A stretch of 58,417 nucleotides of DNA, counting the filler, from Sphacelaria rigidula (taxonomy: Eukaryota), in NCBI GenBank assembly GCA_964200075.2. It is 10 parts of 10 records of this genome, joined end to end, with 100 filler letters (N's around TTAATTAATTAA, not from the genome) between each part and the next. Parts side by side here need not be neighbours in the genome. Positions count along the whole stretch, not along the records: positions 23,409 to 29,160 come from CAXNAA020024732.1; positions 29,261 to 35,012 come from CAXNAA020024733.1; positions 35,113 to 40,864 come from CAXNAA020024734.1; 7 more parts are not named here. One strand, 5' to 3'. Positions 24,980 to 35,564 of this stretch are shown piece by piece. The notes beneath the pieces were generated by a model that was not told the DNA's origin, ran no database searches, and saw only the letters and a program-made list of their open reading frames with translations. The position numbers and the translations under genes are program-made. Every line of letters starts with the position of its first letter. The first letter of the stretch is position 1.

Positions 24980-25680
24980 GTAAAACAGCTCATGAGCTAG
25001 CTCATCTGCCGGCGGTAGCTCACTTGTAGTCAAACATGTACATGTGAGCTACGTCCGACAGCTCAATGCAAGGTGAACGTGAGTTGATGAGCTACGAGTT
25101 GGCAGCTCACCTAGGACAAACATGCGTAGCTCATGCAGCTCATACGTCACCCAGGGCGAATATGAGCTGATGAGCAACAGGTTGGTAGCTCACGCAGGAC
25201 AAACATGCCTGGCTCATGCAGCTCTCAGAGCTCACCCAGGGCGAATATGAGCTGATGAGCTACGGGCTTATAGCTCACCTATTATAAATATGCGTAGCTC
25301 ATACAGATCCCGTAGCTCACTCAGAGCGAATATGAGCTGAGGAGCTACGGGTTGATAGCTCATCCAGGGTAAACATGCATTGCTCATGCATCTCTCATAG
25401 CTTATACAGGGCAAAATGCGTAGCTCATGCAGCTCTCGTGGCTGACACAGGACGAATATGAACTGATGAGCTACGGGTTGGTATAGCTCACCGATCACAA
25501 ACGTGCGTAGCTCATGCAGCTCTCATGGCTCACCCAGGACGAATAGGAGCTGATGACCTACGTGTTGGTAGCTCACGTACGGTAAACATGCATAGCTCAT
25601 ACAGCTCTCATAGCTCACTAGGGAGCTACGCTCAAAAAGAGCCAGCTCGAGCCATAGGGAGCTGATCTGTCCGACGTGTG
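24980..25680. repeat. AGCT-rich about 85-bp tandem array (about 6-7 units)
   Basis: Units GAGCTGATGAGCTACGGGTTGGTAGCTCAC..GGACAAACATGCGTAGCTCATGCAGCTCTCA..GCTCACCCAGGGCGAATAT start at 25081, 25164, 25249, 25334, about 25460 and about 25547. Confidence 0.9.
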
Positions 25681-26810
25681 CAAATTTCTGACTGAATTTC
25701 CCACGAGCCGACTTAACACGAATGACTTAGTATCAGTGACGAGAACAATCCTGCGTGTCCAACACTCTCAGCTTCGGCTAGTCCCAACCCTGCTCAAAGT
25801 ATTTTATTCAAGTGTCGGCTGCCAAAAAATCCGTTTCTGTGGGGATTTACTCGAGCTGTCCTATTTCAGCACTCATATTGCAGTTCGAAACTCGGCTCTA
25901 GTGTGGGTGATCTCTAACTTCACGACACTCACAATCTTTATATTCCCACAGGTGCAAGGCTTATGAGGGGACACGGGTGACACCCATCCTCACCCGTAAA
26001 TGGGCTGCGCGAGATCGTGCAATTACCCTGTACGTAACCGTCTCAAGTCAATATTCCCAAGCAGTTCGAAGCCTCGTGCTACCTGATGGGGATGTTGTAC
26101 CTTCCAGCTGCGTATTCGAGCCGCTAGGTACAAGTATCCGATCCTGTCTATCGAGAGGAAAACAATGGCTACACGAGCGGCGTATTGGCTGCGCTTCTCC
26201 TCATCCCACTCTCAACCCATCCCGTACCTCGGGACGAGCTCGTAATGTCGAGGGATCAACCCATGTTTTCCCTGATGCATGCCCAACATTTTGGTATTGC
26301 AGGTGAGATCAGCACTCCCACACCTTGTCGGCTGTCAACCATCCCCGGATACTCATGTCCTCACGCTTTTAAAGACGGAAGTCAGAGATATATAAGGAAA
26401 CGTATCCACCAGGATTCCAAGCCCTTTCGCCCTGATTGATTCAGTATGAAACACTTACATCACTGGGACGCGGCGGTGTTGCACATGGCTACAAATGCAC
26501 CTTTCCGCGCGGTGACGAGCCGAAAGCAGTGACAACCAGAAGAAAGGTGCCCATAGGAAATTCACCATGCTTCGGAAATCATTGCTGGAGACGATCCGGC
26601 ACCACACATATATCGAAGAAAACGACTCAGCGGCCTCCGCCTCCCCTGCCACCATCCGAACACAGCTGCATTACTTGACCTGAAAACAAATAAACTGATA
26701 TACACTACAAATATTCGAGCGAAATCACGACTCGCGCACCGCAGACATGGTAAAACACTCTCTGTCGAATATCAGCCGGGAAAAAGGCGTGCACGGGTCC
26801 TCCATTTAAT

Positions 26811-29160
26811 CTATCTCTTTCGCAGGCGGGATGAGGTCGCGGGCACGTGACGAGACGGGGAGAACATGTTCAGTTCAAACTTCACGTCGATTCTGTCGTC
26901 TTCAGGTATTGCATCATCCCCGGTTGCCACGTCAAGTACCGGCAGCACCTGGGCCGTCCGGCGAAGCCGCTTCGTGTTTCTTCCACCGGTGATACTACTG
27001 CTTCTGGGTGTTTTGCTGGGGCCGCTCATGCTGTCGCAACTGCTGGATCGCGCAGTGAATCGTTTGCTAGGTCGGATTCCCCTGAAAACTCGCGTAGGCG
27101 CAACAGTCGTTTCCATTTTGATTTTGATGCGCATCTCTGACCCCCCTAGAGTCATCCTATCTGCTGCCACCGCGCCAGCGGGCTGTCTCGAAGGGCTAGG
27201 CGATTTGGTCGTGAAATTTTCACCCCGTCGCCCAACACGGATGACACGCGAGCTGGCACGAGACTTAGCGTAATGATCATCACTCATGTTCGGACCGCCA
27301 TTCGGTGGATAGCCAGGTTTTCCACCTCTATCATCGATACCGACACCGGTCTCTTCCACGACCAAGCCATCATTCGCTGAGCTTTTTTCTCGGGAATGTC
27401 CTGTGGGATCAGACCCTCTGATCAAACCATATGAAGCACGATGGTAGATTTTTCCGTCCCCGCGAACCAGGTTCAAATGATGCAGCGAGGCGCATTCATC
27501 GCCGTTGATGAAAGCTATCCCTGCGCTGGCGTGTCTTGCGCAGAACTCCGCTTCCCTGGTGCCGGCTGCACCGAAGGATGCTCGTGCAGAGCAGCCCTCC
27601 TCACCGCATCGCTTGCTTACCACATCGAACGTGCCCGCTCGGGCGTGTGCGGCGCAGAACTCCGCCTTTCTGCTACCGGCTGCACCGAACGATGGGTACG
27701 TGGAGCAGCCCTCCTCGCTGCACGGCTTACTTTTCACATCGATCATGCTCGCTAGGGCATGTGCGGCGCAGAACTCCGCCTTCCTGCCACCTGATGCACC
27801 GAACGATGCGTATGTGGAGCAGCCCTTCTCGCTGCACCGCTTCTTCCTCACATCGATCATGCCCGCTCGAGCGTGTGCAGCGCAGAACTCCGTTTTCCTG
27901 CTACCGGCTGCACCGAACGATGCTCTTGCAGAGCAGCCCTCCTTGCCGCACCACTCGATTTTCACATTGACCATGCCCGCTCGGGCGTGTGCGGCGCAGA
28001 ACTCCGTTTTCCTGCTACCGGCTGCACCGAACGATGGGTGCGTGGAGCAGCCCTCCTCGCTGCACCGCTTGTGTCTCACATCGACCATGCCCGCTGGGGC
28101 GTGTGCGACGCAGAACATCACCTTCCTGGTACCGGCTGCACCGAAGTACGCTCTTGCAGAGCAGCCCTCCTTGCCGCACCGCTCGCTTTTCACATTGACC
28201 ATGCCCGCTGGGGCGTGTGCGGCGCAGAACTCTGCCTTCCTGCTACTGACTGCACCGAACGATGGAAATGTGGAGCAGCCCTCCTCGCTGCACCGCTTGC
28301 TTACCACATTGACCATACCCGCTGGGGCGTGTGCGGCGCAGAACACAGCCTTCTTGCTACCGGCTGCACCGAACGATGGAAATGTGGAGCAGCCCTCCTC
28401 GCCGCACCGCTTGCTCGTCATATTAACCATGCCCGCTCGGGCGTGTGCGGCGCAGAACTCTGCCTTCCTGCTACCGGCTGCACCGAACGATGAGTATGTC
28501 GAGCAGCCCTCCTCGCTGCACGGCTTCTTCATCACATCGACCATGCCCGCTCGGGCATGTGCGGCGCAGAACTCCGTTTTCCTGCTACCGGCTGCACCGA
28601 ACGATGGGTGCGTGGAGCAGCCCTCCTCGCTGCACCGCTTGTGTGTCACTTTGACCATGCCCGCTCGGGCGTGTGCGGCGCAGAACTCTGCCTTCCTGCT
28701 ACTGGCTGCACCGAACGATGGGTATGTGGAGCAGCCCTCCTCGCTGCACCGCTTGCGTACCACATTGACCATGCCCGCTCGGGCGTGTGCGGCGCAGAAC
28801 TCTGCCTTCCTGCTACCGGCTGCACCGAACGATGGGTATGTCGAGCAGCCCTCCTCGCTGCACGGCTTCTTCATCACATCGACCATGCCCGCTCGGGCAT
28901 GTGCGGCGCAGAACTCCGCCTTCCTGCTACCGATCGCACCGAACGATGCGTGTGTGGAGCAGCCCTTCTCGCTACACCGCTTGTTTTTCACATCGATCAT
29001 GCCCGCTCGAGCGTGTGCAGCGCAGAACTTCACCTTCCTGCTACCGGCTGCACCGAACGACGCTCTTGCAGAGCAGCCCTCCTTGCCGCACCACTCGATT
29101 TTCACATTGACCATGCCCGCTCGGGCGTGTGCGGCGCAGAACTCCGTTTTCCTGCTACCG
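26811..29160 (-). CDS. EsV-1-7 cysteine-rich repeat (putative zinc finger) protein, 5'-truncated at contig end
   Basis: Uninterrupted frame from the contig edge to TAG at 26811. Fourteen full and one partial 38-aa repeat, MV(N/D)VxxKRC-SEEG-C-STYPSFGAAGSRKAEF-C-AA-H-ARAG, i.e. C-X4-C-X16-C-X2-H, the motif of EsV-1-7 domain proteins (Ectocarpus virus EsV-1 ORF7; brown-algal IMMEDIATE UPRIGHT family). Followed by a 235-aa S/G/R-rich tail. Confidence 0.92.
27519..29160 (-). repeat. 114-bp coding tandem array (14.4 units)
   Basis: Exact 114-bp period with no indels; 27901-28020 and 29041-29160 differ at one base. Confidence 0.97.
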
Positions 29161-29896
29161 NNNNNNNNNNNNNNNNNNNNNNNNNNNNNNNNNNNNNNNN
29201 NNNNTTAATTAATTAANNNNNNNNNNNNNNNNNNNNNNNNNNNNNNNNNNNNNNNNNNNNCCGAGGAACATCGAACTGGTTGACGGCGGCCGACACTTTT
29301 AGCTGTTTTTGGGGGGGGCTATCGTAGAAAGTGTCGGCCATGTATCCCTTCACCTTTGCCAAAGCGTGTGCCTTCCTCGCCAAGCCGCAAAGCATGATGG
29401 GGCGAGACTTACTAACCACACAGGCGAGCATATATAGTGACCCGCCTATTGTCCGCACATGCGGTCCTGTGAGGTCGGGGTGGATGATGCCGAGGACCGT
29501 GGGTGACCGAGTACTTGAATGTGGGATCGCGGGGCGTCGCCCTTTTGACTCCACACACCCTGCGCATGGCGCCAGCTGCCCTGTGAGAGTAATACCCCAT
29601 TGGGCGGCGGTCGCTCGGAGAGTGGTCTCGTGAACATGGTAGAGGGAAACGTGAAAGTAGTTGATGTCCAACGTTTGTTGGGGTTTACCGACAGTGGATG
29701 GTCGACGGCCGGGGGCTATAACTGCAAGCGCCAGATCCAAAATCTCCTCCTCACTCAATTCCTGAAGGCTTAGAACTCGAAGGAAAAACGCTGGGGGACT
29801 ACACGTAGCAACCTCATCCTCCTCGGACAGCAGTAGGTCCGGTAAGTGCAAACCTGGAACAGCAGTCAATCCGGTGGGAAACCTATTGGGTGAGTC

Positions 29897-30212
29897 GACA
29901 GTACCACGCGAAGACGCCGTCGCAGTAGATTGCGCTACAGTATTCGAGGTCACACCGACAGTAGTACACGAAGACACAGCATTCGGGTTTCTTTTTACAG
30001 TAGCACGCGGAGACACCGTAGTCGGGGGAGCACTGACAGTAGCACGCGAAGGCACAGTAGTCGGGGGAGTATTGACAGTAGCACGCGAAGACTGTAGTCG
30101 GGGGGGGCACTGACAGTATCACGCGAAGACACCGTAGTCGGGGGGGGCACTGACAGTAGCACGCGAAGGCATAGAGGTCGGGGGAGCACTGACAGTAGCA
30201 CGCGAAGACACA
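29897..30212. repeat. About 39-bp tandem repeat inside copia pol (SSRATVSAPPTTV-like)
   Basis: GACAGTAGCACGCGAAGACACCGTAGTCGGGGGAGCACT-like units, about 8 copies, some with frame-shifting indels. Confidence 0.85.
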
Positions 30213-32879
30213 GCATGTGTAGAATGTTCCCCCATGGCGGAGACTGCAATCGAAGCATCATCCGATGTGGGCGGCAAACGTTTTGCTAAATGAGAAGAAG
30301 AACGCGAATTACGGTCGAATCGTAGTTGCCCGTTAAACAACGATATGCCTGCTCTGGTCACAGTAATGTCCTGTTTGTACTGTGCCTGATATAAAGAGAA
30401 GAATTTTGAACTTAATACCATCAAGCATATACACGTTAGAAAGCTTGACACAAAAACTAGTGCGATCAGCCCCGTCAGTGTGTCCCATGTAAAATCTGAG
30501 GTTGAGGCCACCGACCGCTCTTACTGGGAGTACAGTACCATCATCTCCAAAAATCACATTCTCGTCACCATGAGGGGGAACTCGCACATCAAACGGCCCC
30601 TCCATATTTTCAGTAGTATGGTGCGATGCCCCGGCGTCCGGTATCCAATCTTCCATCATCATCTCTACCCGACACCTCCCCACGATGCATCATAGCATAT
30701 CCCTGCAAATCAACATTACCAAGCCGAAACCGAGACTCGCCTTTTGACATGGAAAATGCCATATACGCTCGTGGGTGCTCCGAGGTGTACGTATCGGGAG
30801 GCGGAGCAGACGTAGCTGGGGGGGCTGCCGGCTGCCAGCTGCTGATGTTGTTGCTGTTCGTCGTGAGGTGGAGCTGCGGTTTGGTATTGTCGTTGATGAT
30901 GGCTGTTGTCCGGGTTAGGATAGCAGTAAGAGTGATGTTGCTGGCCCGGCGGGTGGTACTGTTGGGGATGTTGCTGTTGGTAGTGGTCTGTTGGTGGGGG
31001 ATGTTGATGTTGTTGGGTTGGTTGCTGTGGGTAATTGTCTGTTGTTGGGGAAGATTGGTAAGTGTCTTGTGGTGCGGGGGTTTGCAGTAGGCTGGTGGTG
31101 CTGCTGATATTGGGGCAGTGTTCGATGTGACGATGGCTCATGACGCTGCACGTGATGGGCATACCCAGCACCGTTGAAACCGTCCCTGCCCGGTAGGGTG
31201 AAGTCTTCGTTAGTATTCGGAGGCTCACACCACTGTACAAGGTTTGCGCACGAGCGAGACTCCTTCGAATGTCGGGAGTCGTTGAAGTGGTGAGGATTGT
31301 TGGTGTGATGGAAGTTGTTTGTGCAATGAGGGTTGTTTGTGTGATGAGGGTTGATGGTGTGATGGGAGTTGTTGGTGTGATGGGAGTTGTTGGTCTGAGT
31401 ATGGGTGTTGGAGTAATGGTTACGTAGGGGGTGGTTTTCCCCGTGATGCGGAGCACGCTGCTCGGAGTTAGGATATCGATTGCCCTGTCGGCGATCAAAA
31501 TGACTCCGCCCGTCGCCTCGTGTGTGGTAATAAACACCTCGATCATGGCATATGTTGCAATTGCCAACATTGCATGATGAGGATTAGGGGGCTGGATTGG
31601 GGTGGTTGTTGTGGGGCTCATGTGGAGATAAAAAATGTGATCGGGAATTAGACCTTGGCGACGCTTCATGGTCAGGGTGCTGGTGTGAGGTAGAACTCTC
31701 ACTGCGGTTAGAACCACACTCCCGGCAGTGGTGGTTTCGTCTGCCCCCCCCTGCCTCCGCGTCGCCTTCCTGATACGTCACTGTGAGATACATCTCGAGC
31801 TATGGCAGATATAGCATGGTTATTCAGAGGGTCTACCCTACTCCTTGACAGGTCCAATTCAGCATGAGCAGTTTTCACCGTTCGGTGTAGGGTCTCTGTA
31901 TCAATTTCTGACATGGCGAGGAGAATTCTTCTCTCAATCTCGTACTCTGAAGACAGCCTATGTGCATAATGCCTGTTGGCATCAAACTCCGAAATTACGT
32001 GATCGAACTGATGCCTTTTGTGGCGAATTAAATTCGCCCTGTTCAGAAACACGAGAGGGTTCTCGGCCGGGGACATCTGTAGGCATGTCCACTCTTGCTC
32101 CCGACGGGCCTTTTCTGTAGTGGGGGAAACAGTGTAGTACTGGACGGAGTAGTCCCACGACTCACTAGGTGACCCAAGAATCGCAAAGTTCTCATCCATT
32201 CCGGGAGCTATGATTTTTCCGAGTAATATTTCGTGGGTCCTCTGAGCTTTCTCTACTGCCCTGTATCCGTGCTGCGCTATCAACTCGTCCTCTGACTCAT
32301 GAAAAATGCGAATGGGGTCCTGAACAAACAGAGCATCGTAACATTTCTCGGCACGAAAATATCCGATCATTTGCACTTGAAACACACGAAACTTCGACTC
32401 CAAACTTACTCCTGCTTTCACAAAACCGTCCCATGGGTGAATACTCGTATTGTTACGTACTTTGACAAAGTTCGGTTGGGCACGTTGTCCTCCCGTGAAG
32501 ATATCGTTTCGGAACTCCTGCAAAAGACGTGGGTTGTTCTGCTGGTCGCGGTTTGCTCGACTCATCGTGGGATTACCTTGTGCGCCTGTGCCCAAATGTA
32601 TGCTTCTATCACTTTCGTAATCTACTATAGCATCGCGTTTTGCGGCCTCAATAAGCCCTACCTGTTTTCCTTCCATCTTCCCTTGTTTTTCTTCCATGAT
32701 TCGCAGTTTTTTTGTCTGCTGTACCTCCATAAGCCGAAGCTTTTCCGTGAACTCTTCCGTACTATACTCCTTCATGTTAGCCATTGATCAACTTTGATTA
32801 TCTATTACTGTTGCTTGTTGTCAAATTGATTATCTAAAAACATGTTGATTTCTCACTTATTGGCTCCCTTCCTCGGTGA

Positions 32880-33175
32880 CTCAAGCGCTATCAAATGCTG
32901 CTGCATTTTGCTCAAACGGTAACAAACGCTAATTGCGTGACTCTTCCCATCGGCTCAAGCGCTATCAAATGCTGCTGTATTTTGCTCAAACTGTAACAAA
33001 CGCTAACTGCGTGACTCTTCCCGTCGGCTCAAGCGCTATCAAATGCTGCTGTATTTTGCTCCGACTGTAACAAAACGCTAACTGCGTGACTCTTCCGTCG
33101 ACTCAAGCGCTATCAAATGCTGCTGTATTTTGCCTCGTGCTGGCTCAAGCGCTGTGAATGCTGCTGTATATGGCT
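32880..33175. repeat. 74-bp tandem repeat in copia 5' leader
   Basis: CTCAAGCGCTATCAAATGCTGCTG units start at 32880, 32954, 33028 and 33102, with a partial at about 33144. Confidence 0.92.
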
Positions 33176-34328
33176 CACAGTCGTGTCTTATTTCCCTTCT
33201 TTTCCCGGCTGCACTCAACCCGTTTCAAAATGGCGTAATTGATAAGGGGGCTGTCCCGTAGAGAACGCGCTCTGGATAGGGGATTGTGTATCCCTTCTTG
33301 TATTAAATTCTTATACCCTTCACTCATCAAACATCAACCGTGCACGCTCCACCCGAGCTACCCTTTCCAACTCAAAAGCAATGGCTGAAATGCACCAAAA
33401 ATAGAACTGAGCATGGAAGGTGGGACCGTATGCTGGGTTGCCTCATATGTCATACATCCGGTCATAACGCAATCCGTTGCCGTAGACGAAATCCGGTACC
33501 CATGATATGTCATCAATCTGCACCGCATGTACCCGAATTAACCCACGCACACATGCACTAGTGTTGAGCTCGACGAGATTAGATCAGTACGGTCCTGTAT
33601 CTACAAGGCTTGGGTGCGTAGGCAGTCTGTCCTGCAAAGCGACGTCTGTTCGCAACATCCTGTATGCAGAGACATGAACTAAGCTGAAAGTTTGCTGCAC
33701 TGTAGTACTCGGTTGTACGGGCAGCAAGTGCAACAGCACAGACACTACTACTGTTGTCTTGTATGCGTTGGATGTACTACAGTAGTAGCTCCACCTATCT
33801 TACAGTCTTGTGTGTACCGTCAGTCCGGTCCTGTCTCTACAAGGCTAGGGTGCGTGCTGTTCTCAACACGCTACGTGCACAGACCTGAACTGAGCTACAA
33901 TATTGTACGGAGGACATACAGCACGGACTGCCCTGTCTGTACAGCAGTCGTCATCGACCCTGCCCTCTGGTGTTCTCATGAGGTCAAGGGCCACCACGCT
34001 ACTGGTGAGCGAAGGACAGTGATGCAACACGCTGAATGCCCGCGAGCACCAGCGGCAGCAGTAGTAGTAGTGATGGCAGCCAAGCCATCACAGGTGCTGT
34101 CGTGGGCTGCAAGGCGTGTTCAAATGAGGTTCAAACGCTTTTTCGATAACATTTTTCGATGGCCCGAGGTTATGGGAAAACCCTGATTTCCTGATAACTT
34201 TGGGCTATTGGCAAATGTTATCAGAAACAATTCTATCAGAAAGCGCGCTTTCTGATCACACAATAAGTGGGTTTTTGGTAATTTATCAGAAAACGCGTTG
34301 TCTGACAGAGTTTTTTGATACACAAGAA

Positions 34329-34576
34329 GAGTCATCCTACGATAGGGGGGGGGGTGTTTGATTGCACGAAGAAAACGGCTTATAATTATTTCAAACGACC
34401 TGCTCCACTCGCGATGCGCTTGTATTTCTTTTTAAACGGTGCCAATTATCATAAGTGAGCGTTATCTGTCTATAACAAGTTTGTTCGAGCAACTGTCGCT
34501 GATTTCAACGACGATTTGCCTTGGGATTTCGTGCAAGAAATGGCCCGAACCCCCCCCCCCTATCGTAGGATGACTC
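34329..34576. mobile_element. MITE with perfect about 26-bp TIRs GAGTCATCCTACGATAGGGGGGGGGG
   Basis: Left 34329-34354, right CCCCCCCCCCTATCGTAGGATGACTC ending at 34576. Interior homologous to 3215-3437. Confidence 0.85.
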
Positions 34577-35168
34577 AGGAGTAGCCTTGGGACATTTTGG
34601 TATAGTAAATATTATATTTTCACGAGAACGCTCATACCTCTACAAAAACAAAAATGAAGGCCCATTTTTGTTTTTCGGTATGCCTTAGTGATTCTTCATG
34701 ACACGTTTCACATCTCAGCTCTAAAATTGAGCTGAAAAACTGAAATGAGGTCGGAGAGCTCTGTCCATTTCTCCCTTGAACTCCACTGAAAAATGAACAA
34801 AATGAAAGAAACTCCGACAAAAACGGAAAACGCTGAGTTTTTTTTCATTATGCACTACGAGCTGGTGTAATGATGAGCAAGCGGCAGTATAATGCAGGAG
34901 CACAGTGTGCAGCCCAAGGCACAAGCTTGGCAGACAAGTATACAACCGTCGGCTGTAATTACTTGTAAATACCGTATACCGCTATACGTCAGATAAGAGG
35001 CAATAACTCACGNNNNNNNNNNNNNNNNNNNNNNNNNNNNNNNNNNNNNNNNNNNNTTAATTAATTAANNNNNNNNNNNNNNNNNNNNNNNNNNNNNNNN
35101 NNNNNNNNNNNNCGGAAACATCTGCGAACGTGCTTCTTCGTGTCGATGTGCTGCGAGCATCTATCCTC

Positions 35169-35280
35169 ACACGCGTGGCCACTGAGGTGCCTGCAACCTC
35201 AAATTTGGACGTTACAGACCTTGTGCAAGATCTGTAACGTCAAAATTTGAGGATGCGGGCACCCCAGTGGCCACCCGTGT
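35169..35280. repeat. 112-bp near-perfect palindrome (mariner-like MITE or hairpin RNA precursor)
   Basis: 55-bp arms with 6 mismatches and a 2-nt centre; terminus ACACGGGTGGCCACTGG. Confidence 0.85.
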
Positions 35281-35477
35281 ATGTGAACAATTAGTTCGGG
35301 ATGGGTTGGCGAAACACGTGTTCGAGAGGAAACCAGTGTTCGATGCCGTGACATACCTCACCCAAAGCGCTCGGGTTTCTCAACTCTTGTGAATCGAAGG
35401 TCTGTTATAGTGCAGCTACAATCATCTGCTAATACGCCGCATTTACATCCTGTGTACGCTTGTGTTTCCCGCCACAG

Positions 35478-35564
35478 GCGCTATTGCATCAAGTGCCAGC
35501 GAAATTAGCATCGATGGCGATACGAGATTCACCAACAACACCGTCGGAATACGTGGACTGGGAG
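35478..35564 (+). CDS. Single-repeat exon of a polymorphic-membrane-protein-like (GGAI/FxxN beta-helix) adhesin
   Basis: CCACAG acceptor, GAG/GTGAGA donor, 87 bp, phase 1 at both ends. Encodes (G)AIASSASEISIDGDTRFTNNTVGIRGLG(G). Confidence 0.78.

Larger units (their letters stand above)
29340..33280 (-). mobile_element. Decayed Ty1/copia LTR retrotransposon, 5' half (gag, protease, GAG-pre-integrase, integrase)
   Basis: gag 31708-32784 with UBN2-like WTCLQMSPAENPLVFLNRA; protease WIPDAGASHHTT (about 30615-30650); FHVSLYHVHETTLR...CAGCVESK zinc motif; integrase IIHPDLTGP...GGSLYML. Frameshifted, and cut by a CGATAGCCCC-type MITE end at about 29310-29340. Imperfect iMet-PBS-like TATCCAGAGC at about 33269-33278. 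Confidence 0.88.

Noticed and set aside
24980..25680. CRISPR-like appearance of this array, and of 20985-22440 and 32880-33175
   Set aside because: Units are homologous along their whole length with no unique spacers; there are no cas genes and the context is eukaryotic.
27505..29208. 567-aa plus-strand ORF antisense to the EsV-1-7 gene, and other overlapping ORFs
   Set aside because: Shadow of a GC-rich 114-bp repeat whose unit lacks antisense stops. The recognisable C-X4-C-X16-C-X2-H motif is on the minus strand.
29161..29340. EsV-1-7 gene apparently fused to or carried by the adjacent copia element
   Set aside because: The two are on different contigs separated by an artificial spacer.
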